In this document: piece by piece, positions 17,891 to 27,879 of the stretch
Position numbering within the stretch: the first letter of the stretch is position 1
Layout of the letters: the number at the start of each line of letters is the position of its first letter
Assembly (NCBI GenBank): GCA_947259625.1
Contig: CAMYMY010000030.1
Location: 1-39,298, forward strand
Direction of reading: 5' to 3'
Length of the DNA stretch: 39,298 nt
Source of the DNA: an uncultured Kiloniellales bacterium
GTDB taxonomy: Bacteria > Pseudomonadota > Alphaproteobacteria > Kiloniellales > JAKSDN01
The notes under the pieces: generated by a model
Seen by the model: only the letters and a program-made list of their open reading frames with translations
What the model was told of the DNA's origin: nothing
The model's database searches: none
Made by a program: the position numbers and the translations under genes

Positions 17891-20800
17891 ATGTCGCATG
17901 CAGATTTCGTTCACCTGAGGATCCATTCGGCCCATTCCCTGTCCGAGGGAGCGATTCGGATCGGGGAACTGGTCGCGCTGTGCCGCCGACACGCCATGCC
18001 GGCAGTGGCGGTAACGGACACCGGGAACCTGTTCGGTGCGCTCGAGTTCTCCTCCGCGGCGGCGGCTGCCGGCATCCAGCCGATCATCGGCTGCCAGCTG
18101 GCCGTCTCCCGCAGCGACCCGCCGGCGCAGAACGGAGCCAGACCGGCGCCGGACCAGCTAGTCCTCCTGGTCCAGAACGAGACCGGCTACCGCAACCTGC
18201 TTCAGCTGGTCAGCCGGGCCTATCTGGCCGGCGAACCCGGCGAGGCCGCGGAGCTGGAGCTGACGGCCTTCGAACGCTGCAGCGAGGGCCTCATAGCGCT
18301 CACCGGCGGGCCACGGGGGGCGGTCGGCCGCTTCCTTCACGAGCGACGGGACGAATGGGCGGAGGGCATGCTGCTGACCCTTGCCCGGCTGTTTCCCGGG
18401 CGGCTCTACGTCGAGATTCAACGGCACGGCCTGCCCGAGGAAGGGGAGATCGAGGAGCGGCTGGTCGACCTCGCCTACAAGCACGAGCTGCCGCTGGTCG
18501 CCACCAACGAGGCCTTTTTCACCGAGGCCGAGATCTACGAGGCGCACGACGCGCTGCTGTGCATAGCCGAGGGTGCCTACGTGGCCCAGGCCGAGCGCCG
18601 GCGTTTGACGCCCGAGCACTGCTTCAAGTCGGCCGAGGAGATGCGCCGGCTATTCGACGACCTGCCCGAGGCGGTGGACAACACGCTGGCCGGTCGCCCC
18701 CATCCTGCCCGCCTTCCAGACCGGCGAGGGACGCAGCGAGGCCGAGGAACTGCGCGCCCAGGCCCGGGCCGGCCTCGAGGAGCGTCTGGCGACTCAGACC
18801 GGCACCTCCGGCCTCGACGAGGCCGCCCGCGCGGCCAAGGAAAAAGGCTACCGCGATCGGCTGGACTACGAGCTCGGCATGATCGAGCAGATGGGCTTTC
18901 CGGGCTACTTCCTGATCGTCGCCGATTTCATAAAATGGGCCAAGAAACAGGGCATTCCGGTGGGGCCGGGGCGCGGCTCGGGCGCCGGTTCGGTGGTCGC
19001 CTGGGCTCTCACCATCACGGATCTGGATCCGCTGCGCTGGGGCCTGCTGTTCGAACGCTTCCTCAATCCCGAACGCGTGTCGATGCCGGACTTCGACATC
19101 GATTTCTGCCAGGACCGGCGCGACGAGGTGATCCGCTACGTCCAGGACAAGTACGGCCACGACCGGGTGGCGCAGATCATCACCTTCGGCAAGCTGCAGG
19201 CTCGCGCCGTGCTGCGCGACGTGGGCCGGGTGCTGCAGATGCCCTATCCGCAGGTCGACCGGATTTGCAAGCTGGTGCCCAACAACCCGGCCAGTCCGGT
19301 CACCCTGCAACAGGCGATCGACGGCGAGCCGGCGCTGCAGGAAATGCGTGCCGAGGACCAGGCGGTCGCCCGGCTGATCGACGTCGCGCTCAAGCTGGAA
19401 GGGCTCTACCGCCACGCCTCGACCCACGCCGCCGGGGTGGTGATCGGCGACCGGCCGCTCGACCAGCTGGTACCGCTCTACCGCGACCCGCGTTCGGAGA
19501 TGCCGGTCACCCAGTTCAACATGAAGTTCGTCGAGCAGGTGGGGCTGGTGAAGTTCGACTTCCTGGGCCTGAAGACGCTTACGGTCCTGGCCCGGGCGCG
19601 TGAACTGATCCGCGAGCACCAGCCGGACTTCGACCTCGAGGACATACCGCTCGACGACGCGAAGACTTACGAAATGCTGGGCCGGGCGGAAACGGTCGGC
19701 GTGTTCCAGTTGGAGTCGTCGGGCATGCGCGACGTGCTGCGCCGCCTCAAGGCCGACCGTTTCGAGGACATCATTGCTGTCGTTGCGCTGTACCGGCCCG
19801 GCCCGATGGATAACATCCCCAGCTATATCAACCGCGCCCACGGGGCGGAAGCGCCCGACTACCTCTATCCGACCCTGGAAGGGATCCTGAAAGAGACCCA
19901 CGGGATCATGATCTATCAGGAACAGGTCCTGCAGATCGCCCAGGAACTGGCCGGCTACAGTCTGGGCAGCGCCGACCTGTTGCGCCGGGCCATGGGCAAG
20001 AAGATCAAGTCGGAGATGGAGGCCCAGCGCAAGACCTTCATCGAAGGCGCCATCGCGCGCAGTGTGCCCAAGGACAAGGCGGCGGAGATCTTCGATCAAA
20101 TCAACAAGTTTGCCGGCTATGGCTTCGTCAAGAGCCATGCCGCCGCCTACGCCATGGTCGCCTACCAGACGGCTTATCTCAAGGCCAACCACCCGGTGGA
20201 GTTCCTGGCCGCTTCGATGACCTACGACATGGGCAATACCGACAAGCTCAACGTCTTCCGTCAGGAGCTCGACCGACTGGGGGTTCCCTTGCTGCCACCC
20301 CACGTCAACGCTTCGCAGGCGGATTTCGGGGTCGAGCGACGGCCCGACGGCAGTCCGGCGATCCGCTATGCTTTGGCGGCGGTCAAGAACGTCGGCGCCG
20401 CCGCCATGGCGGCCCTGGTGGCCGAGCGCGAGGCCGGCGGTCTCTTCAAGGACCTGGGCGATCTGGCCGGGCGTCTGGACAACCGGGTCGTGAACAAGCG
20501 GCAGGTGGAGAATTTGGCCTGCGCCGGCGCTTTCGATGGTCTCTGCGGCAACCGGCGCCAGGTCTTCGAGGGGGCGGAAACCTTGATCCGTTACGCCGCG
20601 GCCGCGGCCAGCGAACGGGAGTCCGCGCAGGTTAACCTGTTCGGCGGAGATGCGGCGGAGCAGCACGCGCGGCTTACCCTCCCCGAGGTCGAGGACTGGC
20701 CGGCCGTGGAACGGCTGCGACACGAGTTCGAGGCCATCGGATTCTACCTCTCGGCTCACCCCTTGGACGCCTACGGCGGTACCCTGGGGCGCCTGCGCGT

Positions 20801-21335
20801 GACCAGCTATGCCGGGCTGTCGGCCCGGTCGGGAACGGGTTCCGGTCGAAAAAGGCTGGCCGGTATCGTGATCGGCAAGCAGGAGCGCACCTCGCGCCAG
20901 GGCAACCGTTTCGCTTTTGTGCAGCTCTCGGATACCAGCGGCATGTTCGAGATAATCGTGTTCTCGGAACTGCTTGCAGGGGCTCGCGACCTGCTGGACA
21001 GCGGCCAGCCGTTACTTGTCACGGTCAGTCTCGACAGCAGGGACAACGGCGAGGCCCCGCGGCTGACGGCACAGGAGATCGCGCCCCTGGACCAAGCGGT
21101 GGCCCAGGCCGGTACGGACCTCAAGCTCTTTCTGAGCGATCCGGCGCCGCTCGACAGTCTCAAGGCGGTGCTGAGGCGCGAGGCGGTGGCCGGCGGGCGC
21201 GGCCGTGTCGCCCTGGTTCTCGGCCTCGACGGCGGGCAGGAGGTGGAAATGGAGCTGCCCGGGGGCTACCGGCTCTCGGCCCAGGTGCGCCAGGCGATCA
21301 AGGCGATCCCGGGCGTCGTGGTTCAGGAGATTTGA
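17891..21335 (+). pseudogene. dnaE: DNA polymerase III alpha subunit, not translatable as one ORF as written: frame switch plus an apparent short internal deletion at about 18690-18701
   Basis: The N-terminal PHP domain runs in the frame of 17891 (MSHADFVHLRIHSAHSLSEGA...LFDDLPEAVDNTL). DnaE-like sequence resumes in the +1 frame from about 18699 (PILPAFQTGEGRSEAEELRAQARAGLEERL...MIEQMGFPGYFLIVADFIKWAK...) and continues to the stop at 21335. The span is 3445 nt, which is not a multiple of 3. This may be a sequencing or assembly artefact. Confidence 0.85.
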
Positions 21336-21366
21336 CTGGCAAAAGGCTGAAATATCCGGATTTTCC

Positions 21367-21395
21367 TTGCAAATTTCAGGATCTGCCTTTATCTA
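21367..21395 (+). promoter_or_regulatory. Candidate sigma-70 promoter for rpsB-tsf
   Basis: TTGCAA (21367-21372), 17 nt, then TATCTA (21390-21395), about 125 nt upstream of the rpsB ATG. The -35 lies inside a 7-bp inverted repeat CTGAAAT/ATTTCAG (21347-21353 / 21373-21379). Confidence 0.4.
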
Positions 21396-21520
21396 GCGGC
21401 ACACTTGAATTTCGCACGCGGGCCATGTGGCTATCGGGGGAGACATCCTCGAGCGTCGCTCCGGTGTCCGGCTCGGCCGGATCATCTGCCCGCGGAGGCT
21501 AAACCGGAAAAGAGGGAAAC

Positions 21521-22594
21521 ATGGCGCTGCCGAGCTTCTCTATGCGCCAGCTTCTGGAAGCTGGCGTTCACTTTGGACACACCACCCGTCGCTGGAACCC
21601 GAGGATGTCGCCTTACATCTTCGGCGTGCGCAACGGCGTTCACATCATCGACCTCGAGCAGACGGTGCCCCTGCTGCACCAAGCGCTCAACCTGGTCCGC
21701 GAAGTGGTGGCCGGGGGCGGTCGAGTGCTGTTCGTCGGCACCAAACGCCAGGCCAGCGAGAAGATCGCCGAATCCGCCAAGAAATGCGGCCAGTACTACG
21801 TAAATCACCGCTGGCTGGGCGGCATGCTGACGAACTGGAAAACCATCTCCAATTCGATCAAGCGGCTGCGTGACGTCGATGAACGCCTGGCGGAGGAAAA
21901 CACGGGCCTGACCAAGAAGGAGATCCTGAACTTGACCCGCGAGCGGGACAAGCTGGAACGCGCCCTCGGCGGGATCAAGGAAATGGGCGGATTGCCGAAC
22001 GTGCTCGTCGTGATTGATACGAACAAGGAGCACATCGCCGTGGCCGAAGCCCGCAAGTTGGGGATTCCCGTGGTTGCCGTACTGGACTCCAACTCCGATC
22101 CCATGGGCATCGATCATCCGATTCCGGGCAACGACGACGCCATCCGGGCGATCAGCCTCTACTGTGACTTGGTCGCCGACGCTGTGCTCGACGGAATTCA
22201 GGAGGAGCTCACCGCACGCGGCACCGATGTGGGTGAGGCCGAAGAGGCGCCCAGGGAAAGTCTTCCGGAGGAGACCGTAGCCGAAGAGCCGGCCCCAGAG
22301 GAGAAAGCCGGAGAGCCGGCGCCAGATCAGACAGCCGAAGAGCCGGCCGCGGAGGAGAAAGCCAAAGAGCCGGCTGCCGAAGGGCCCGAAGCCGCAGAGG
22401 CCGATTCGCCGCCGGCTGTCAAAGCCGAGCCGGCCGAGGTCCCGCAAGCCGAGCGTACCGAGGCCGAAGGCACGGACGACAAGACAGATGACCCGAAAGC
22501 CACGGAGCCGAGTGGTGAAGCGTCCGCCGAAGGGAGTGAAGCCGGGCCCGGTTCCGAGACCGCGCCGGCCAAAGCGGCCGCGGCGAGCGCCTGA
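21521..22594 (+). CDS. rpsB: 30S ribosomal protein S2 with a roughly 120-aa acidic Pro/Glu/Ala-rich C-terminal extension
   Basis: [48 protein letters not shown]... is canonical S2 through about aa 235. The remainder is low-complexity [14 protein letters not shown]-type sequence. Total length is 357 aa. Confidence 0.95.
   Translation: MALPSFSMRQLLEAGVHFGHTTRRWNPRMSPYIFGVRNGVHIIDLEQTVPLLHQALNLVREVVAGGGRVLFVGTKRQASEKIAESAKKCGQYYVNHRWLGGMLTNWKTISNSIKRLRDVDERLAEENTGLTKKEILNLTRERDKLERALGGIKEMGGLPNVLVVIDTNKEHIAVAEARKLGIPVVAVLDSNSDPMGIDHPIPGNDDAIRAISLYCDLVADAVLDGIQEELTARGTDVGEAEEAPRESLPEETVAEEPAPEEKAGEPAPDQTAEEPAAEEKAKEPAAEGPEAAEADSPPAVKAEPAEVPQAERTEAEGTDDKTDDPKATEPSGEASAEGSEAGPGSETAPAKAAAASA
22280..22374 (+). 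repeat. Two 41-nt direct repeats (54-nt period) inside the S2 tail coding region
   Basis: 22280-22320 is gccgaagagccggccccagaggagaaagccggagagccggc. 22334-22374 is gccgaagagccggccgcggaggagaaagccaaagagccggc. That is 37 of 41 identical, encoding [14 protein letters not shown] / [14 protein letters not shown]. Confidence 0.85.
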
Positions 22595-22687
22595 TCGGGT
22601 GCGTTCGGGAGATGTGCGCGGGTTTTATGTCTTGTTTCTATAAAACTCTCAAAGAGTTGTAACGTTTTTCTAATGTAAAGGTGGGAT

Positions 22688-23583
22688 ATGGCCGAGATTA
22701 CGGCTGCGCTGGTCAAGGAGCTGCGCGAGAAGACCGGCGCCGGCATGATGGACTGCAAAAAGGCGTTGACGGAAAACGCCGGCGATCTGGAAACCGCGGT
22801 GGACTGGCTGCGCAAGAAAGGTCTGGCCGCGGCCGCCAAGAAGGCGGGTCGGGTCGCCGCGGAGGGCTTGATCGGTCTGGCGACCGAGGGCACCCGCGGT
22901 GCTCTTGTGGAGGTCAACTCCGAAACCGACTTCGTGGCGCGGAACGACAAGTTCCAGAGCTTTGTCGGCCAGGTCGCGACCCTGGCCCTCGAGGCCGGCG
23001 ACCTGGAGGCCTTGAAGGCGGCGGCCTACCCGGGCACGGGGCGGACGGTCGAAGAGGAGCTGACCCAACTGATATCGGTGATCGGCGAGAACCTGAACCT
23101 GCGCCGCATCGCCGCAGCGTCGGTCGGGGAGGGCGTGGTCGCGTCCTATGTTCACAATCAGGCGGCGCCTGGCCTCGGCAAGATGGCGACCAGGATCGGC
23201 TTACCGCCCTGGGCAAGCAGCTCGCCATGCACGTGGCGGCGTCCGCGCCGCAGGCCATCGACAGCGGCAACGTCGACCCGGCGGCCCTGGAGCGCGAGCG
23301 CGACGTGCTGGCCGAGCAGGCGCGGGCCTCGGGCAAACCGGAGGAGATCATCGCTAAGATGGTGGAGGGCCGGTTGCGCAAGTATTACGAAGAGGTCTGT
23401 CTGCTCGAACAGACCTTCGTCATCGACGGGGAAACGAAGGTGCGCAAGGTACTCGACAACGCAAGCACGGACCTCGGGACGGCGTTGACGGTGAGCGAGT
23501 TCTTCCGCTTTCAGTTGGGCGAAGGGATTGATCGGGGTCCCGATGACTTTGCTGGCGAAGTCGCGGCCCAGCTCGTCCAATAG
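22688..23583 (+). pseudogene. tsf: Elongation factor Ts, not translatable as one ORF as written: frame switch plus an apparent short internal deletion at about 23180-23185
   Basis: The frame of 22688 gives [27 protein letters not shown]...[17 protein letters not shown]-Ts sequence then continues in the frame of track ORF 22681..23583 ([26 protein letters not shown]...[22 protein letters not shown]...AAQLVQ). The span is 896 nt, which is not a multiple of 3. Confidence 0.85.
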
Positions 23584-23717
23584 GGGGCTGGCCACCGCGA
23601 TTGCTTTCTGGGGCGACGATGTCCCAAAGACGTGTATTATGCAGCCCCGCTGGCGTCCGGCACCGCCGGTCCGGCGCCCTTGAAGGGAAGGGCAGGGAGG
23701 CCAGACCCATCGGTTCC

Positions 23718-24443
23718 ATGAACGACGTGCCGCAATATAAACGGGTGCTGCTGAAGATCTCCGGCGAAGCCCTGATGGGCGAGCGGGAGTATGGACTGGA
23801 CCCCGCCATTGTCGATCGAATCGCCGTCGATCTGCGGGCGGTACACGATCTCGGTATCGAGGTTTGCGTGGTGGTCGGCGGGGGTAATATCTTTCGCGGC
23901 CTATCGGGCGCGGCGACGGGCATGGAGCGGGCGACCGCCGACTACATGGGAATGCTGGCCACGGTGATCAATTCCCTGGCCATGCAGAACGCCCTGGAGA
24001 AGCTGGGTGTGCCGACACGGGTTCAATCCGCCATACCGATGGCCACCGTCGCCGAGCCCTATATCAGGCGCCGGGCGGTTCGCCATATGGAGAAGGGCCG
24101 GATCGTGATTTTCGGCGCCGGCACGGGCAATCCTTTCTTCACGACCGATACGGCGGCGGCCTTGCGTGCCTCGGAAATGGGCTGCGATGCCCTTTTGAAG
24201 GGGACCAAGGTGGACGGGGTCTACGATGCGGATCCGGTCAGCGTGCAGGGCGCCAAGCGCTACGAGCGGCTGACCTATCGGCAGGTCCTGGCCGAGGACT
24301 TGGGCGTCATGGATCACTCGGCCATTTCCTTGGCACGTGAAAACGACATTCCGATTCTGGTATTCTCGATCTACGAACCAGGAGCTTTTGCCGACGTGCT
24401 CTGCGGCAAGGGACAGTACACGACGATCAATGGCGAGGACTGA
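23718..24443 (+). CDS. pyrH: UMP kinase
   Basis: [29 protein letters not shown]...[11 protein letters not shown]...[21 protein letters not shown]. The track ORF start at 23601 adds 39 non-homologous residues. Confidence 0.93.
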   Translation: MNDVPQYKRVLLKISGEALMGEREYGLDPAIVDRIAVDLRAVHDLGIEVCVVVGGGNIFRGLSGAATGMERATADYMGMLATVINSLAMQNALEKLGVPTRVQSAIPMATVAEPYIRRRAVRHMEKGRIVIFGAGTGNPFFTTDTAAALRASEMGCDALLKGTKVDGVYDADPVSVQGAKRYERLTYRQVLAEDLGVMDHSAISLARENDIPILVFSIYEPGAFADVLCGKGQYTTINGED

Positions 24444-24446
24444 ACC

Positions 24447-25004
24447 GTGGCGGATCCGGACCTGAACGATCTGAAACGACGCATGGATGGGGCGATCGAG
24501 GCCTTGCGCCGGGAGTTTGCCGGACTGCGCACCGGCCGCGCATCGATCAGCCTGTTGGAGCCGATCACCGTCGATGCCTACGGTGCCACCATGCCCCTCA
24601 ACCAAGTCGCCACGATTGGCGTACCCGAGCCGCGCATGATTACGGTCCAGGTCTGGGACAAATCGCTTGTCTCGGCCGTAGAGAAGGCGATTCTCAACTC
24701 CGGACTGGGACTGAATCCCGCGACCGACGGCCAGCAGGTGCGCGTGCCCATACCGCAACTCTCCGAGGAGCGGCGCGTCGAATTGACCAAGATCGCCGGC
24801 AAGTACGCCGAGCAGGCGCGAATTGCCGTTCGCAACGTGCGGCGGGACGGCATGGAAAACCTCAAGCATATGGAAAAGGACCACGAGATCTCTCAGGATG
24901 AGCATCACATGTGGGCCGAGGAGGTACAGACCCTGACCGACGAACACGTCAAACTGGTCGACGAGGTATTGGCTCAGAAAGAAGCCGAGATCATGCAGGT
25001 CTAG
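24447..25004 (+). CDS. frr: Ribosome recycling factor
   Basis: GTG start, 185 aa. [38 protein letters not shown]...[12 protein letters not shown] is typical RRF. Confidence 0.95.
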   Translation: MADPDLNDLKRRMDGAIEALRREFAGLRTGRASISLLEPITVDAYGATMPLNQVATIGVPEPRMITVQVWDKSLVSAVEKAILNSGLGLNPATDGQQVRVPIPQLSEERRVELTKIAGKYAEQARIAVRNVRRDGMENLKHMEKDHEISQDEHHMWAEEVQTLTDEHVKLVDEVLAQKEAEIMQV

Positions 25005-25007
25005 GCC

Positions 25008-25745
25008 ATGGAGGCACTGCAGTCATGTCTGGCAGGGCCGCCGCCGGCTCATGTCGCGATCATCATGGATGGCAACGGTCGTTGGGCCGCGGCACGCGGC
25101 CTGCCGCGCACCGTCGGTCATCGGCGCGGTGCCGAGGCGGTGCGACGCGCGGTGGATTGTGCGCTCGACCTCGGCATCGGCTACCTCACGCTCTACGGTT
25201 TTTCCTCGGAAAACTGGAAGCGGCCAGCCCCCGAAGTCGACGACTTGATGGGGCTTATGCGCCGTTACTTGGAAACCGACATCGAAAAGCTGCATGAGAA
25301 CGGCATTCGGCTCCGTGTCATCGGTGAACGGCACAGGCTTCAGAATGACATCGTGCGGCTGATCGACGATGCCGAGGAGCGGACCCGTGACAATTGCCGC
25401 CTCAACCTCACGGTGGCGATCAGCTACGGCGGGCGCCAGGAAATCCTGTCCGCCGTCCGCCAACTGGCAGAGGCCGTGGCGGCAGGGCGCCTCGACCCCG
25501 CAACGATCGACGAAGCCTGTTTCTCCGGTCAACTGGCGACCGCCGAGGTGCCAGATCCAGACTTGGTGATCCGCACCAGTGGGGAGCAGCGCATCAGTAA
25601 TTTCCTTCTCTGGCAGTCGGCCTATAGCGAACTGGTCTTCATCGACAAGCTTTGGCCCGATTTTTCCAAGGACGATCTCACCAATGCGATCAGTGAGTTC
25701 CAGCAACGAGATCGGCGATATGGTGCGGCGGTTGGTTCCGGTTAG
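25008..25745 (+). CDS. uppS: Undecaprenyl-diphosphate synthase (cis-prenyltransferase)
   Basis: HVAIIMDGNGRWA...LTLYGFSSENWKRP...IRTSGEQRISNFLLWQSAYSEL are UPPS motifs. Confidence 0.95.
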   Translation: MEALQSCLAGPPPAHVAIIMDGNGRWAAARGLPRTVGHRRGAEAVRRAVDCALDLGIGYLTLYGFSSENWKRPAPEVDDLMGLMRRYLETDIEKLHENGIRLRVIGERHRLQNDIVRLIDDAEERTRDNCRLNLTVAISYGGRQEILSAVRQLAEAVAAGRLDPATIDEACFSGQLATAEVPDPDLVIRTSGEQRISNFLLWQSAYSELVFIDKLWPDFSKDDLTNAISEFQQRDRRYGAAVGSG

Positions 25746-26538
25746 CGCGGGCAACCTCACTCTCCGGGTCGTGTCGGCCCTGGTGCTAGGTCCAGCTGTT
25801 CTCGCGTTGATCTACCTGGGGCCGCCGTATTTCGACATCCTGCTGACTGCGGTTGCCGCCATTCTGTCTTGGGAGTGGTCGCGCCTCTGCGGCCATGGCG
25901 AGCTTGACAGGCCGGGGTATCTGACGATCGCGGTCGTTACGGCGGCCATGGCTGCCGCCGGCCTGCGCGAGTACGCGATTGCCGGTTGGATCATAGCGGC
26001 TGGGGCCATGGCGGTTGCGGTCCTAGCAAGTCGGGAAACCGACAGACTGCCGTTCTGGTATGCCCTGGGAGTGCTCTATACCGCCTTGCCCTGTTTGAGC
26101 ATCATGTGGTTGCGGGAACATCCAGATCGAGGCCGGGAGATCTTGTTTTGGCTGCTTTTCGTGGTCTGGGCGACGGACACCGGCGCCTATGCCGCGGGAC
26201 GCCTGATCGGCGGGCCGAAAATGGCCCCCGGAATTAGTCCCAACAAGACTTGGGCCGGCTTGGCGGGCGGCATCGTCGCGGCGGGGACGATAGGAGCTCT
26301 GGCCGGACTGTTCCTGTTGGGCGTAAGTCCGACTACACTAGTTTTGGTGGCCGCGGGGTTGGCGGTATGGTCCCAGATGGGCGACCTGTTCGAATCCAGC
26401 GTAAAGCGACGATTCGGTGCAAAGGATTCAAGCAATCTCATTCCCGGACACGGCGGACTGATGGACCGGTTGGACGGGATCTTGGCTGCCGGCCCGGCGG
26501 TGGCCCTGCTGGTTTGGTTGAGGGGGGCGTCTTTATAG
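25720..26538 (+). CDS. cdsA: Phosphatidate cytidylyltransferase
   Basis: Polytopic membrane protein with the CdsA C-terminal signature [26 protein letters not shown]. The start is uncertain. ATG 25720 overlaps uppS by 26 nt and gives [25 protein letters not shown]. Confidence 0.88.
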   Translation: MVRRLVPVSAGNLTLRVVSALVLGPAVLALIYLGPPYFDILLTAVAAILSWEWSRLCGHGELDRPGYLTIAVVTAAMAAAGLREYAIAGWIIAAGAMAVAVLASRETDRLPFWYALGVLYTALPCLSIMWLREHPDRGREILFWLLFVVWATDTGAYAAGRLIGGPKMAPGISPNKTWAGLAGGIVAAGTIGALAGLFLLGVSPTTLVLVAAGLAVWSQMGDLFESSVKRRFGAKDSSNLIPGHGGLMDRLDGILAAGPAVALLVWLRGASL

Positions 26539-26540
26539 CA

Positions 26541-27731
26541 ATGGAAGTTGTGTCTACACAGCTGCGGCCCCTGGAGGCGCCGCGCAGGGTAACCGTTCTG
26601 GGATCCACCGGGTCGATCGGCTGCAACACGGTGGATCTGATCGAGCGCAACCCGGAGGCCTTCGAAATCGAGGCCTTGACCGCCCATCAAAACGTGGCGC
26701 TGTTGGCCGATCAAGCACGGCGTCTCGGCCCCAGGTTGGCGGTAATTGCTGATGAAAGCCGTTATGGTGACCTCAAGGAGGCGCTGGCCGGCACCGGTAT
26801 CGGCGTCGCGGCCGGTCAGGATGCTTTGGTCGAAGCGGCAGACCGGCCGGCCGACTGGGTCATGGCGGCAATCGTCGGCGCGGCCGGTTTGGCTCCGACC
26901 CTTGCAGCCGTCCGTCGTGGTGTCTCGATCGCCCTTGCCAACAAGGAAACGCTCGTCTGCGCGGGCGCTCTCATGGTGGCGGAAATCGCGCGCCATGGCG
27001 CGACCCTGCTGCCGGTCGATTCGGAGCACAACGCGATCTTCCAGGTGCTTGAGACACGGCATCTGGACGCGGTGGAGCGGATTGTCCTTACCGCCTCCGG
27101 CGGGCCATTTCGAGATTTGTCGAGGAAGGCCATGGCCGGGGTGACGCCGGATCAGGCAGTGGCACACCCGAACTGGAAAATGGGCGCGAAAATATCGGTC
27201 GATTCGGCGACCATGATGAACAAGGGGTTGGAACTGATCGAGGCACACCATCTCTTCGGGTTGCCCGAGCCGCAGATCGAGATCCTGGTTCATCCGCAAT
27301 CGGTGGTCCATTCCATGGTTTCCTATATCGATGGCTCGGTATTGGCCCAACTGGGCCAACCGGACATGCGCACGCCGATCGCCTATGCCCTGGCATGGCC
27401 GGCGCGCATGGCTGCGCCGGTGGGCCGGCTCGATTTGGCGACGATCGGGCAGTTGACCTTCGAGGCCCCGGACCCCGATCGCTTTCCGGCGCTCCGACTG
27501 GCCCGACAGGCCCTGTGCGCCGGAGGCAGTGCGCCGACCGTTCTCAATGCAGCCAACGAAATTGCGGTACAGGGATTTCTGAGCGGGAGGAACGGATTCC
27601 TCAATATTGCGGAAATTGTCGAACGGGTTCTGGAAGCCATTCCGGCGGCGGCCCTGAACAGCCTGGACGACGTGCAGCAGGTCGACCGCGAGGCGCGGTC
27701 CCTGGCGTGCCGCCTGTCCAACGGCGGTTGA
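26541..27731 (+). CDS. dxr: 1-deoxy-D-xylulose 5-phosphate reductoisomerase
   Basis: [34 protein letters not shown]...[11 protein letters not shown]...[12 protein letters not shown]...[23 protein letters not shown]. The track ORF start at 26250 lies in the cdsA region in another gene's frame. Confidence 0.95.
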   Translation: MEVVSTQLRPLEAPRRVTVLGSTGSIGCNTVDLIERNPEAFEIEALTAHQNVALLADQARRLGPRLAVIADESRYGDLKEALAGTGIGVAAGQDALVEAADRPADWVMAAIVGAAGLAPTLAAVRRGVSIALANKETLVCAGALMVAEIARHGATLLPVDSEHNAIFQVLETRHLDAVERIVLTASGGPFRDLSRKAMAGVTPDQAVAHPNWKMGAKISVDSATMMNKGLELIEAHHLFGLPEPQIEILVHPQSVVHSMVSYIDGSVLAQLGQPDMRTPIAYALAWPARMAAPVGRLDLATIGQLTFEAPDPDRFPALRLARQALCAGGSAPTVLNAANEIAVQGFLSGRNGFLNIAEIVERVLEAIPAAALNSLDDVQQVDREARSLACRLSNGG

Positions 27732-27879
27732 TTTCTGCTACCCCCTTTCAAGAGATGAAATCTTATCCTATTTAAGAGGATAGTAGGGATAGTGTACCAT
27801 TACTTCCGGCCTGGGCCGCGGCGATCTCCGGTTCGGTTAATGGCACTTAATAAAAACGACGGTACGGGAAAATAAAACA

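Noticed and set aside
27841-27846. TGGCAC upstream of rseP as a possible sigma-54 -24 element, and TTAA-N6-TTAA nearby as a CtrA box.
   Set aside because: No TTGC -12 element occurs at the required spacing. The TTAA spacing is 6 nt, not the 7 nt that CtrA requires.
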